A DNA stretch of 64,000 nt from Dehalococcoidia bacterium (GCA_965220545.1 CBDCQF010000010.1:24236-88235); one strand, 5' to 3'; shown: positions 37,542 through 47,550, counted from the stretch's first letter. Translations and numbers: made by a program. The notes: generated by a model from the letters alone, not told the origin.

Positions 37542-38903
37542 TTAGTACCAGTCGCGATAGAAGGTCTCATAAGGCACGTACGGGGGATTGCCAGGATGGG
37601 GCACGGGCAACTCAACCGGCCCGGTTTCTCGCGAGGGCAGATATATGGCTGCGGTGCCCTGCATCTGAATCTCTCCCAGTTGATTGGAGCCTTGCAGCTT
37701 GATCCCCACAACGTTGTACTCAACCTTGCCGGGCTGGCCCCCAGACTCGGCGTCGCCCTCCTGCACCTCTTTGGACTTTCTCATCACTTCCCCCGTATAT
37801 ACGGTGGTGTCTCCGTAATACAGTGGCTTGCGTAGGGCGGTCTGATAGCGCCTAATGAACCCATCGTCGCCCATCCAGTCCGAAAGCATTCGGCTGGCCG
37901 CTTGCGTGCGCCTGACCCCCGCGTCAAAGGGCAACGGCTGACCGCGGAACGGGGCGGTTACGGCATCGGGGTGCTCATCACGGGGCCCCCACGGCCAGCG
38001 GGTAATGGGGTGCGTGCCCGCGCCTCCGGGTCTCTTCCGATTCTGATGGTACACGCCCTCAAATTGGAGGCCCTCATAGGTCAGGTCCTCACCCTCCTCG
38101 TACTGCCTGGGGCCTTGCGTGGCGGAGGAGGCCACGCCGCCTGAGATCTGGTCGAGGAGAGTGAACGGCGGATGGACCAGAGGCCCCAGTTTGTCTCCCA
38201 CCTGAACGTCTTCCCAATAGAGTGTATCCGCGCCGCGCCGCTGAGGCCGGTTCATCGCCGCGAGCCATTCGTCTACCTGCTCACGGTTGTACTGGGACGC
38301 CCTGCGTTCGTACATCAGCTGCTCGCCCAAGCGCTCCACTGGCATGGCGCGACCGCCGCCCATAGATTCGATTGGTACCAGGATAAGCGTCCCGTAGCAC
38401 ATGGCTATCAAATCGGCGTGGGCATCCCAATAGCGGTTCTCCGCGATGAGGAAGAGCAAGCGTCCTCTTGAGCCCTGCTTTTCAAAGAACTCCGTGGTGG
38501 TCTTGGTGTTCTTGACGCGAGCGGTGCCCAGCCTGACGACATCGTAGTAGTCCCAGGCGACTCCGGAAAAGAAATCGCCTACCGGATAACCCTGGGGCCT
38601 ATTTGGTCCCTGGCCGCCTGCGCCTCTTACCAGAATGAGGGCCGGGTTGGGGACTATCTGCGAGCCGTAGCGCGTCCTCTTGCCATACTCCGGGTCGATG
38701 AACAGGGGGTTGTCGTCACCGTGAGCCAGCGTGTAGTTGCGGATTGTCCGTGAATCGAATCTTATTGCCGCTTCATACGGCGATGACCAGGGGAACGGCG
38801 TCCCCGGGCCGGGAGGCCTATATTCGTCCCGCTCTTTTCCAAGCGCCTCCTTGCACCGTTCGATATACTCGGCAATCGCCTCTTCGAAAGTCTGGGTCAA
38901 CAT
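37542..38903 (-). CDS. Double hotdog-fold (MaoC-N/FAS1-dehydratase-like) protein, paralogue 2
   Basis: 453 aa, collinear with 8641..9978 (MLTQTFEEAIAEYI..., HGDDNPLFIDPEYGKRTRYGSQIVP, HPITRW, DWMGDDGFIRR, YYGD). Ends in PYETFYRDWY. Third gene of the tandem array. Confidence 0.7.
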   Translation of the reverse strand: MLTQTFEEAIAEYIERCKEALGKERDEYRPPGPGTPFPWSSPYEAAIRFDSRTIRNYTLAHGDDNPLFIDPEYGKRTRYGSQIVPNPALILVRGAGGQGPNRPQGYPVGDFFSGVAWDYYDVVRLGTARVKNTKTTTEFFEKQGSRGRLLFLIAENRYWDAHADLIAMCYGTLILVPIESMGGGRAMPVERLGEQLMYERRASQYNREQVDEWLAAMNRPQRRGADTLYWEDVQVGDKLGPLVHPPFTLLDQISGGVASSATQGPRQYEEGEDLTYEGLQFEGVYHQNRKRPGGAGTHPITRWPWGPRDEHPDAVTAPFRGQPLPFDAGVRRTQAASRMLSDWMGDDGFIRRYQTALRKPLYYGDTTVYTGEVMRKSKEVQEGDAESGGQPGKVEYNVVGIKLQGSNQLGEIQMQGTAAIYLPSRETGPVELPVPHPGNPPYVPYETFYRDWY

Positions 38904-39034
38904 TCGTTCCTCCCCCTTTTCTCCGAGCGTACGCTATCCTCCAACTGAGCTAAAGCCGTGTGACGCACAGCATGGATGGACGATTCGCCGTCCGCTTTCC
39001 AGTCCTAGCGTTGGAGAAGCAACCGAGGCCGGTT

Positions 39035-40399
39035 CTAGTACCAGTCGCGGTAGAAGGTCTCGTAGGGGACCGCCGGCGGTCTGGCCACGTGCGGAATGGG
39101 CAGTTCCACCATGCCGCCTTCCCGTGAGGGCAGGTAAACCGTGGACGTGCCCTGGACAAAGACCTGGTCTTCGTGGTTGCGTCCCTCGTATTTGATGCCC
39201 ACCGCGTAGTAAGTGCGCTCGCCGTCCACTGCGCCCTCGCCGGGTTCTCCCTTCTGCACTTCCTTGAACTTGGTTGTCACTTCACCGCTGTAAACGCCAA
39301 GGTCTCCGTAGTACATGGGCCGGCGTAGGGCCATCTGGAGTCGGCGAATGAAGCCATGGTCACCCATCCAGTTACTCATCAAGGCTTGAGGTATCTGGGA
39401 CCTCTGGCCGCCCCAGTCAAAGGGGAGCGACTGGCCGCGGTACGCCGCCATGAGGGCATCGCCGTGTTCAGCCCCCGGGCTCCAGGGCCAGCGGGATACC
39501 GGATGCGTGTAAGTGACGCCTCCCCCACCCTCTTGCCTGATGTACTTCCGCATCCTATATCCTGCATCAAAGCCGTAGGCCCTCTGTGTCCCGTTGCGAA
39601 TCAAGCCGGGACCGCCGTAGTCCTGGTCGGTCCAGGGAGGGAGTACAAATGGCGTCAACTTATCGCCCACGTTGACGTCCTCCCAGTACCGGATCTCTTT
39701 GCCCCTGGGCCGTCCCTCCTTCACCATGTCCATGATCTCTTCAACCTTCTCTTCGTTGTACTGGCCGGGTTGTCGCTCGTACAACATGCGCTCACCCAGG
39801 CGTTCCACGGACATTGCCCTGCCGGTGCCCATCTCTTCACGGGGCACCATGATCAGGGTGCCGTAGCATTTCCCAAGGAGGTCGCCGCGCATGTCCCAGT
39901 AAAAGAGGTCCGTGATGAAGAAGAAGAGATTGCCGTGAGCTCCAGGTTTTTCGATTATCTCCTTGCCTGTGGACGAGGCCTTGAACCCTGTCCCCACGCG
40001 CACCACGTCGAAGAACTCCCAGGCAGTTCCTGAGTGGAAGTTGGCGATGGGCCATCCCCCTACCCTTCGAGCGCCGTGCCACATGGCGTTTCTGGCGAGC
40101 AGCATCGACGTTCCCGGCGCGATGAGGCATCCATAGGGACCCTGCTTGGCGTACTCCGGATCGGTGTAGAGGGGATTGTTGTCCCCGATGCTGGCGGCGT
40201 AGGCCTTGACTACCTCTTCGGTCAAGAAAAACGGACTGGTGTACGGAGGCCCCGACGTGTCGTAAGGCTGGGTCGTGCCGGGGTACAGCAGCATGTCCAG
40301 AGGATAGCCCTCACCCATCACCTCTTCGTCTATCTGGGCTCTTGAAAGCTGCCTGAACTGATCTACCAAGCCCTCAAAGGTTTCACCTGTTGTAGTCAT
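39035..40399 (-). CDS. Double hotdog-fold (MaoC-N/FAS1-dehydratase-like) protein, paralogue 3
   Basis: 454 aa (SIGDNNPLYTDPEYAKQGPYGCLIAPG, HPVSRW, NWMGDHGFIRR, YYGD). Ends in PYETFYRDWY. Confidence 0.7.
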   Translation of the reverse strand: MTTTGETFEGLVDQFRQLSRAQIDEEVMGEGYPLDMLLYPGTTQPYDTSGPPYTSPFFLTEEVVKAYAASIGDNNPLYTDPEYAKQGPYGCLIAPGTSMLLARNAMWHGARRVGGWPIANFHSGTAWEFFDVVRVGTGFKASSTGKEIIEKPGAHGNLFFFITDLFYWDMRGDLLGKCYGTLIMVPREEMGTGRAMSVERLGERMLYERQPGQYNEEKVEEIMDMVKEGRPRGKEIRYWEDVNVGDKLTPFVLPPWTDQDYGGPGLIRNGTQRAYGFDAGYRMRKYIRQEGGGGVTYTHPVSRWPWSPGAEHGDALMAAYRGQSLPFDWGGQRSQIPQALMSNWMGDHGFIRRLQMALRRPMYYGDLGVYSGEVTTKFKEVQKGEPGEGAVDGERTYYAVGIKYEGRNHEDQVFVQGTSTVYLPSREGGMVELPIPHVARPPAVPYETFYRDWY

Positions 40400-40435
40400 T
40401 GTTTCTCTCCCCTTTCCGCTTCACGATTGCCATGC

Positions 40436-41596
40436 TTATGACCAAGGGTTGCCAATGGGCAGCCCCACAAGAAAGCCACGTTCCGGAAGATAGACCACTG
40501 CGTTGCCATCTACCAGCGTATCTCCCAATTGATTGCGGCCCGATATCTTGACCTCGACGGCGTTGTACTCTTCCGTGCCGACGCTTTCCTTGAACTTCTT
40601 AGTTACCTGGCCATCAAGCCACATAGTATCCTCGTAGAAGAAATGGTTGGGCAGGTCAAGTGACATGCTCCTTAGAAATCCCAGGTCGCCCATCCAGTTG
40701 GTCAGCACCTGACTTGCCAGAGCAAAGCGCATCAGCCCCCTGGTCACCGGCAGCTTGAACCCCAGGCTTTTAACGGCAAGGATGTCTCCGTAGGCCTGCT
40801 CCACGTCGAAGTAAGGCCACAGAGTGCTGGGATTGGTGGTAATCCGGCCCGGTCTGGCTACCACATAGTCGTGGGCTGTGACGCCGATGAGAGCGGTGCT
40901 GGGCTTGGCTTCGGCGAGACGCCATGATGAGATCTCGTTATAGGAGACGGGTCCCTTGACCAGGGAAGGGAGCGCGTCTCCTTCATTTACTTCGCTCCAG
41001 TAGAGGGGTACTTGGCCTCGATGGGGCTGCATGGCGTCAAGATCATCTTCCAGCTTCTTGATCTCTTCGTCGGAGTAGACGTGGATGTCTCTGTCTTCTA
41101 TGAGCGCTTCGCCAGGCTCGTAGGGCACCAGGGACACCGTACCGCTGGCGGTGGCAAGGGCGCCTCCATAGACGGAACTGTAGGTTGCGGTTGAGTCCAC
41201 CTCGGCGGCGTCTCTGCCGCTCAGCTTACCGCCGTCCCGCACCGCGGTCACCTTCAGATCGCTAACCAGCGGCTGCCCCAAGCGGATCACATCGTTCCAT
41301 TGCGCCGATGCCTTGGTACTGAACCTGCGCAGTCCATACGCTTTTTGCTCGTAGGCAGCCCCTGAGTCGGGAGTGCGTATGGAGAAGATGAAGCTGGGGG
41401 GCGCTATCAGGGTGTTGTATACGGTACCCACGCCCTTTGCCGCGTCGTTATAGAGCGGGTTAGTATCGCCCAAAGCGCTGCACAGGTTCTGGATGGATGA
41501 CCAGACTGCGGACTTCACCCCTTGGGGCACGTCCGGCGCGCTTTGACCAATCATTGCCTGGGAATCGTTTACGAACTCGCTCAATCCGTTTGCCAT
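40436..41596 (-). CDS. Divergent hotdog-fold paralogue 4 (shorter, lacks the conserved tail)
   Basis: Track ORF 40436..41614, likely starting at MANGLSEF (41594-41596) after GGAGG. ALGDTNPLYNDAAKG and NWMGDLGFLRS link it to the family. Ends in LPIGNPWS. Confidence 0.6.
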   Translation of the reverse strand: MANGLSEFVNDSQAMIGQSAPDVPQGVKSAVWSSIQNLCSALGDTNPLYNDAAKGVGTVYNTLIAPPSFIFSIRTPDSGAAYEQKAYGLRRFSTKASAQWNDVIRLGQPLVSDLKVTAVRDGGKLSGRDAAEVDSTATYSSVYGGALATASGTVSLVPYEPGEALIEDRDIHVYSDEEIKKLEDDLDAMQPHRGQVPLYWSEVNEGDALPSLVKGPVSYNEISSWRLAEAKPSTALIGVTAHDYVVARPGRITTNPSTLWPYFDVEQAYGDILAVKSLGFKLPVTRGLMRFALASQVLTNWMGDLGFLRSMSLDLPNHFFYEDTMWLDGQVTKKFKESVGTEEYNAVEVKISGRNQLGDTLVDGNAVVYLPERGFLVGLPIGNPWS

Positions 41597-41664
41597 CGGA
41601 CTGCCTCCATTCAACTGAAACGGATACGGCCGCTTTTTGCCGGTAGGCCGCCCCTTTTCCGCAA

Positions 41665-41692
41665 TCTATACGCCTTGCTCACTGGGTGTCAA
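41665..41692 (-). promoter_or_regulatory. Near-consensus sigma70-like promoter for the three-gene hotdog operon
   Basis: Minus strand: TTGACA (41692-41687), a 16-nt spacer, then TATAGA (41670-41665), about 70 nt upstream of the 41596 start. Confidence 0.4.
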
Positions 41693-41780
41693 TTGCTTGA
41701 TGTTTCCTCAGCAGCGCCGGTCGCGAGGTCTGCTGTACAGGTTCCGACCGTATAAGCGCTTAGCGAACCGCCCCGATACG

Positions 41781-43268
41781 CTACGTCGCATTCACCCTGT
41801 CGAACAACTCCACCACCGGCTGCGCCGGAGGCCGCGTCAGCAACGTGGCCCCTATGGACGACGCCATAGAGATGACGAAGGCGGGCGTTGCCGGCTGGAT
41901 ATCCCACATGCCGCCCGGTCCGCCGCTGAGGAACTGCCAAAGCGTCGCCGCCAAAGTCCCTATCACAACCGCAGTTCCCGCACCCCAAGCGTTGAATCTG
42001 CGCCAGTACAAGCCAAGCAGCATCACAGGCCCGAACGCGGCTCCCATCCCGCCCCAGGCAAAGCTCACCAGGTCGAATATGGAGTCCGGGAACCAGATCG
42101 AGAGTATCGCCGAGACAACGCCTATTACCAGCAACATCCCTCGCCCCATCCACACACGCGCGTTCGCCGCTAACCCCATAGCCACTCGCTTGAGCACGGG
42201 CACGTCCTCCGTCGCGATCGCCGATGCCAGGAGAAGCTGTGAGTCCGCCGTGCTCATTACCGCCGCGATGACCGCGGTGAGCAGCACCCCTAACACCACG
42301 GGGTGGAAGAATACCTCAGAGACCACAAAGTAAACCCGCTCCGAATCTGCAACCGCTCCCAGCATGCCAGCTTCAAACAGGGCGGGACGTGCAATGACGC
42401 CAACAACAAAGGCCAACAGGTACACGGTCACCAGCCACACTATGGCAATGTTGCGCCCCTGAGGGATCTTATCCTCGCGTTCAATCGCCATGAACCGCTG
42501 CAATATCCTGTGCGCCCCCAGCCCACCGATAGCCCATCCTGATGCCGATAGCACTAAGCTCAGCGTTATGGGTGATCCGTCTGTCAGAGTGAAGGGGTTG
42601 AAGAACCCTATGGCTTCAGGGCCCGCGTACGACAGCGGATCAGTCGTCACAATGAGCATAGTGATAACCAGCACCGCCAGGCTCACCAGCATTAACAGCG
42701 CCTGCGATACATCCGTCCTGGAGACCGCCATGAATCCACCTATCAACGTGTATGTCGCAACCGTAACTAGGGTCAAGATGACGCCTGCCGTGAGGTTGAG
42801 TCCGAATATCTCCTCCAGCAGCTTTGAGCCGCCGACAAGCCCGGAGCTCACGTAGAAAATAACAAACAGAATGGTGATCAGCCCGGATACCGACCGCAGC
42901 GTTCCCGTAGCATCGCCAAAGCGGCGCTCCATGAACTCCGGAATGGTCACTGCGTTGTCCGCCGCTATGGTAAATCGCCGCAGCCGCTTGGCCAGCAGCG
43001 TCCAGCTCAGCCAGACACCGATGGCTGCGCAGACCGGCACCCACAACTCGACGAGTCCTCCGGTGAAGGCCAGCGCCGGCAGCGCCAGCATTGTCCACGC
43101 GCTGGTAGTTGACGACCCGGTGCTCAGCGCCGCCGTGAAACTGCTAAGCCGCCGCCCGCCAAGCGCGTAGTCCGCCATGTTCCGCATCCGGCGAGCGCCC
43201 ACCACCGCAATGGCAATCAGCATGCCAAAGTACGCGGCAAAGCCGAATATCACCCAAATGTTGGCCAT
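41781..43268 (-). CDS. Sodium:solute symporter (SSS) family transporter, PutP-like
   Basis: 495 aa. N-terminal DYALGGRRLSSFTAALSTGSSTTSAWTMLALP matches the SSS signature region. About 13 TM helices. Confidence 0.8.
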   Translation of the reverse strand: MANIWVIFGFAAYFGMLIAIAVVGARRMRNMADYALGGRRLSSFTAALSTGSSTTSAWTMLALPALAFTGGLVELWVPVCAAIGVWLSWTLLAKRLRRFTIAADNAVTIPEFMERRFGDATGTLRSVSGLITILFVIFYVSSGLVGGSKLLEEIFGLNLTAGVILTLVTVATYTLIGGFMAVSRTDVSQALLMLVSLAVLVITMLIVTTDPLSYAGPEAIGFFNPFTLTDGSPITLSLVLSASGWAIGGLGAHRILQRFMAIEREDKIPQGRNIAIVWLVTVYLLAFVVGVIARPALFEAGMLGAVADSERVYFVVSEVFFHPVVLGVLLTAVIAAVMSTADSQLLLASAIATEDVPVLKRVAMGLAANARVWMGRGMLLVIGVVSAILSIWFPDSIFDLVSFAWGGMGAAFGPVMLLGLYWRRFNAWGAGTAVVIGTLAATLWQFLSGGPGGMWDIQPATPAFVISMASSIGATLLTRPPAQPVVELFDRVNAT

Positions 43269-43329
43269 ACGCTATGCCTCACTATGCTGTCTGCTCCATG
43301 CCGCAGCGGAGCGGCCAGCTATTGCAGCA

Positions 43330-45066
43330 CTACTTATCCACGCGGCAACTGATGATGTCTATGCCGTAATATTTGCGGTGGTGTACCGATGAGGCATAGT
43401 GGCGCAGGATGCGAACGGACAGTTGCTGTTCGTCTTCCAGCGCATGGCCATCCCCCAGATATGCTATGCGATTCTCGATATTCCCCTGGATGGCGTCGTC
43501 CGAAGCAACCACGATTTCAACCTCAGCCGAGCTGCTGTCAGGACGGATTGTGGCAACCAACCTGCGCTTCTGCTCGGCAGGGCCGTCGTTTTCTTCACTA
43601 AGCAGGCTCAAGATAACCTCTTCTCCTACCAGGCACAGCCGGTTTTTCCCTTCTTCCGTCCAAGAATGTCTGTCGGCGAACTGGCGGAGAAAATCGTCAA
43701 AGGCGTGTAGTGAGGATTCGGATAAATCAACCCTTAGCTTCTTAGCGCGAAAACCTGATAGTTCAGTGAATATGGTCATGCCTATGGCCGCCATACCGCC
43801 GACGACAATAGGATTGCTCACCAGGTGAATAGTTATCCCTTCAAATAGTCCGCTGATAGCCCCCGCAGACATGCCCAATACCATGGAAACGCCGGCAATG
43901 GCAGCCTTCTTATGGTCAACCTGGCCCGCAAATACCGTTTTCGCACCTTCTACAAAAAGCATACCGAAAATGATGACGTACACCGCGCTAACCACCGGGG
44001 TGGGAATGGCGACCAATATGGCAAGCAACTTGGAAAAGGAGGCGATTGCTATGGTCAACAGTCCCAGGTATATCCCGACGCTCTTGGCGGCGACCCCGGT
44101 AAAGCCAATGTAAACAACGGTGGTTGCCCACGGCGCAGCGACGGGTAAGGTCCCCAAGAGGCCGGAAAGAAAAGTGCCCACCCCATACACGTTCAAGCCA
44201 CCCTGCACCGTGCGGAAGTCAATGGCCGATTGATTCCGGTATGAAGCACGGTAAATTACCGAAAGGTCTCCCACCGCTTTCATAAAAGCGGTGAGATTCA
44301 CAAACACGAAAACCGGAAGCAGTGCCCAAAAATCCGCGCTAAAGTTCAGGTTCAGCCCTGGCCAGCTGAGATGGGGCAGACGCAGCCATGGAGTGTCAAT
44401 TATGATATCAGTGTTGTAAAAGCCCAGTGGCACGGCCACAATCAGACCTACGGCTACGGTGATTGGCAAAATCCACATACGCCAGACCGGCGTGTCCTGT
44501 AGGGATATAAGGATCCCAGCCGCCAGAGCTGCCATTCCCGGCGCCAAGAAAACTACCGCAGATTGTCCTTCCGGCGGAATAACCGCTCTGCTGATGATGA
44601 AAGGCATGGCAGAGATCGCCACCAGCATAATCACTACTCCGCCCACCGTCTGTGTAAATATACGGCGAAGCGAGGCAAGGCGCAGGGTCAAAACGGACTG
44701 GACCAGGGTGGAAACCAACACCAAGCTGGCCAGCAAACCGGGTCCGCCGACATGAAGCGCCAAAGCGCAAACCGCTAAAAAAGGAACATTGAAGTTTGCA
44801 ACAATGAGGCGGCCTGAACCCAAATACCGCAGCCTGAGGGATTGCAGGATCATACTGGCTCCGGTAACTGCCAGCACGGTAAATGTCACCCACGATAGAT
44901 AGGTTTCCGACTCACCGGATGCCCGCACCACCAGTGCCGCCAGCATGACAAGACCAATGGTGTTGGGTATGAATATCTGTAAAGCCGAGGTTATCGCCAG
45001 TAGCGGCGGACACTTCTCATCCGGTTCGTAAAGGAGTTCAGGTCGCCCCTGGGATTTTCGGAACAT
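43330..45066 (-). CDS. NCS2-type transporter paralogue with the same C-terminal soluble domain
   Basis: Track ORF 43330..45120, likely starting at MFRKSQGRPELLYEPDEKCPP (45066) by alignment with MTSGSGDQSIRFEPNEACPP of 35014..36753. LRRIFTQTVGGVVIMLVAISAMP. The C-terminal 135 aa (43330..43737) are paralogous. Confidence 0.55.
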   Translation of the reverse strand: MFRKSQGRPELLYEPDEKCPPLLAITSALQIFIPNTIGLVMLAALVVRASGESETYLSWVTFTVLAVTGASMILQSLRLRYLGSGRLIVANFNVPFLAVCALALHVGGPGLLASLVLVSTLVQSVLTLRLASLRRIFTQTVGGVVIMLVAISAMPFIISRAVIPPEGQSAVVFLAPGMAALAAGILISLQDTPVWRMWILPITVAVGLIVAVPLGFYNTDIIIDTPWLRLPHLSWPGLNLNFSADFWALLPVFVFVNLTAFMKAVGDLSVIYRASYRNQSAIDFRTVQGGLNVYGVGTFLSGLLGTLPVAAPWATTVVYIGFTGVAAKSVGIYLGLLTIAIASFSKLLAILVAIPTPVVSAVYVIIFGMLFVEGAKTVFAGQVDHKKAAIAGVSMVLGMSAGAISGLFEGITIHLVSNPIVVGGMAAIGMTIFTELSGFRAKKLRVDLSESSLHAFDDFLRQFADRHSWTEEGKNRLCLVGEEVILSLLSEENDGPAEQKRRLVATIRPDSSSAEVEIVVASDDAIQGNIENRIAYLGDGHALEDEQQLSVRILRHYASSVHHRKYYGIDIISCRVDK

Positions 45067-45181
45067 TAAGCTAGTACCTATGGAATCGCAACGCTCTTTG
45101 AGACACTGCGACATTGCCAACCCAACAGTCGACAGCCATGATACGATATATCAATAATACATTTCTAGGAGAGAGTTAATC

Positions 45182-46924
45182 TTGCGAACCGAACGTGCGA
45201 GCAAACCGCGGGTGAATAGGACAGGACTGCAACGCCGACGAGTACCAATCGGCGTGAGTGCTTTGTTATTGATTCTGATTACGGCTTCCATTGCAGTCTT
45301 TGCAACTGCCTGTGGAGACGACCCTTCTCCAACACCAACACCCACGGCCACCGCAACTCCCGAGCCGATGCCGGAACCCGCTCCGATGGACGACGACGCA
45401 CTAACACTGGCCTTCGTCACAACGGCCATAGAATACTACGGAGAGAATGGCCGGGACGCCACAGTCGCCCACTACAAGACCGATGCAAGCACCGAAAGCG
45501 GGCGGACGCTGATCCTACTAGACGAAGCCGAAAGTACGTTGCTGGTATACCGGAACATTCCCGCTCTGGAAGGCCAGTACGTTGGTCCGGGCTCGGCATT
45601 TGCCGGCCTCACGCAGCTAGTAGAAGCTGCCACCGAGGAAGGTTTCTGGATTACGACTCAGGGCGTCAACCCGGTCACCAAGCAAGAAGAGCCGCGGCGA
45701 GTGTTCATCATCCTTCACGAGGGCCTGGTGTTCTCTTCCAGCCATTCGGCCTTGGTGGAAGACGTCGCGAATTCCGTCAAGGAATACGTGGACAAGGCCA
45801 TAGCCAAATACGACAACGACGGTCTCGACGCCGTCATCACTCACTACAACAGCCAGGACAGCCTGGACGGACAGTTTTATCTATTCCTCATCGGCGAGGA
45901 CGACATCTACCTGGCCCATCCCATCTTCCCGCACCTCATTGCCACCGACATCAAGGACGTAGTCGGCTCGGACGGGCAGGAACTGGGTGAGGAGATAGCT
46001 CAAGCCACCGAGGACGGCATCTGGGTAGAGTACCTCTGGCCCCATCCGGTTTCCCGGAAGGAACAGCAAAAGGTCACTTGGGCCATCCGCCACGACGGGC
46101 TGATATTCGCCTCCGGCTACTACGCCGGTGAGCCCGAGACCGGCCCTCCGGCCTGGCGTGACGCCGACCCAAGGGAATACACGGTCCAGTACGTGACCCA
46201 GGCCATAGAACGTTATGAGAGCGAAGGCTTGGAGTCCATGCTCAACTACTACAACAGCGTCGCCAGCTTCGAGGGCGAGTGGTATCTCTTCGCCACTGAC
46301 GAAAACGACATCTACCACGTCCATCCACTGATCTCCCGCTTGATAGGGACTGACATCAAGGACGTGGTCGGTTCCGACGGCTACCAACTGGGCGAGGAGC
46401 TGGCCAAGGCCACCGATGGCGGCGAAGGAGTCTGGGTTGAGTACCTGTGGCCTCATCCGGTGACACTGAAGGAAGTTCCCAAGGTGGGCTACGCCGTCCG
46501 CCATGACGGAATGCTCTTCGCCTCCGGCTACTACACCCGGATTGAAGACCCGGCGGGGTATACCAAGGCGTATGTGCAGGAGGCCATCGAGTACTACCAG
46601 GCCAACGGATTGGACGCCACCATCGCCCATTACAACAGCCAGGAGAGCGTTGACGGCCAGTGGAACCTGACTATGGCCGATGAGAACGACGTTGTGCGCG
46701 TCGCTGTCCTCGCTTCACATCTAATAGGCACCGACTTGAAAGACCTCGGCCGTGTCCGGAAGGTTGGCGAAGAGATGGCGGCAGCCACGGAGGAGGGCCT
46801 CTGGGTCAGCTTCGTCTTCCCCAATACCAGGTCTTCGGAGACGTTGTATGCTCACGTGTGGGCCATCCGCCACGACGGGCTGCTCTTCACGTCGCGCTAC
46901 TACGACGACAAGCCTGACGTTTAA
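45182..46924 (+). CDS. Lipoprotein made of four tandem single-Cache (sCache_2-like) domains, with no output domain
   Basis: 580 aa. Signal/lipobox RRRVPIGVSALLLILITASIAVFATAC and a PT linker, then four ~125-aa repeats. Each repeat has YV..AI..Y...G......HYNS......G.(F/W)YLF..........HP......GTDIKD..G.DG..LGEE.......G.WVEY.WPHP.......KV..A.RHDG(L/M).FASGYY. Confidence 0.7.
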   Translation: MRTERASKPRVNRTGLQRRRVPIGVSALLLILITASIAVFATACGDDPSPTPTPTATATPEPMPEPAPMDDDALTLAFVTTAIEYYGENGRDATVAHYKTDASTESGRTLILLDEAESTLLVYRNIPALEGQYVGPGSAFAGLTQLVEAATEEGFWITTQGVNPVTKQEEPRRVFIILHEGLVFSSSHSALVEDVANSVKEYVDKAIAKYDNDGLDAVITHYNSQDSLDGQFYLFLIGEDDIYLAHPIFPHLIATDIKDVVGSDGQELGEEIAQATEDGIWVEYLWPHPVSRKEQQKVTWAIRHDGLIFASGYYAGEPETGPPAWRDADPREYTVQYVTQAIERYESEGLESMLNYYNSVASFEGEWYLFATDENDIYHVHPLISRLIGTDIKDVVGSDGYQLGEELAKATDGGEGVWVEYLWPHPVTLKEVPKVGYAVRHDGMLFASGYYTRIEDPAGYTKAYVQEAIEYYQANGLDATIAHYNSQESVDGQWNLTMADENDVVRVAVLASHLIGTDLKDLGRVRKVGEEMAAATEEGLWVSFVFPNTRSSETLYAHVWAIRHDGLLFTSRYYDDKPDV

Positions 46925-47038
46925 GGGACGCCTTAGGGTTTCGTATCAAGCAGGCCGAAGACGCCGGACTTCATGGCGGAGGAAAGTTGAGTCTGCCTGA
47001 CTGGGCTCAGCCGGTGGTTATCTTGCCGCACGTAGGAA

Positions 47039-47461
47039 GTGGTACAATCCTACTCTATGGATGCTGATCTCGACGCTAAGTGTACGGTCATAAGGCCGGG
47101 CGAGCTTGAGGTGGAGGTCGCGTCGGGTGCAATGACGCGGCTAGCCGGCGTGTCGCAGGCGCTGGTGGGCGCCGAGGGCATTCATCTTGCGATTGCCACC
47201 ATTCCGCCCGGTTGCGCTTCATCGCCTCACTACCACGTAAACTGCGAGTCCGCCATCTACGTACTGAAGGGTAATGGGCGGTTCCTCACCGGAAAGCGGC
47301 TGGAGGACAGCTTGCCGATATCAGCGGGCGACTTCATCTATGTGCCGCCGAATTCGGTACATCAGCCCGTCAACGACAGCCTGACTGAGCCGATGGAGCT
47401 GATTGTGGCGCGCAACGCGCCGGTGGAAATCGTCGTGGAGCACGATCCCTCCGCCGGGTAG
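47039..47461 (+). CDS. Cupin-domain protein
   Basis: 140 aa (GTG start; alternative ATG at 47057). Cupin motifs PPGCASSPHYHVNCESAIYVLKG and GDFIYVPPNSVHQ. Confidence 0.65.
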   Translation: MVQSYSMDADLDAKCTVIRPGELEVEVASGAMTRLAGVSQALVGAEGIHLAIATIPPGCASSPHYHVNCESAIYVLKGNGRFLTGKRLEDSLPISAGDFIYVPPNSVHQPVNDSLTEPMELIVARNAPVEIVVEHDPSAG

Positions 47462-47550
47462 CTCTCCCCTGCGCCTACCGTCCTTGAGCCTACGTCCATG
47501 TCTGGCCGTGCTTCAGCGCGACCGATCCCATGCTTGTACGGCGGTCCCGG

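Noticed and set aside
38941-38953. tRNA-like 13-mer TTAGCTCAGTTGG (minus strand) in the gap between hotdog paralogues 3 and 2.
   Set aside because: It resembles a tRNA D-arm, but the surrounding sequence cannot form a matching D-stem, anticodon arm, T-arm or acceptor stem, and the RBS and ATG of the next gene follow immediately. I treat it as chance or a relic.
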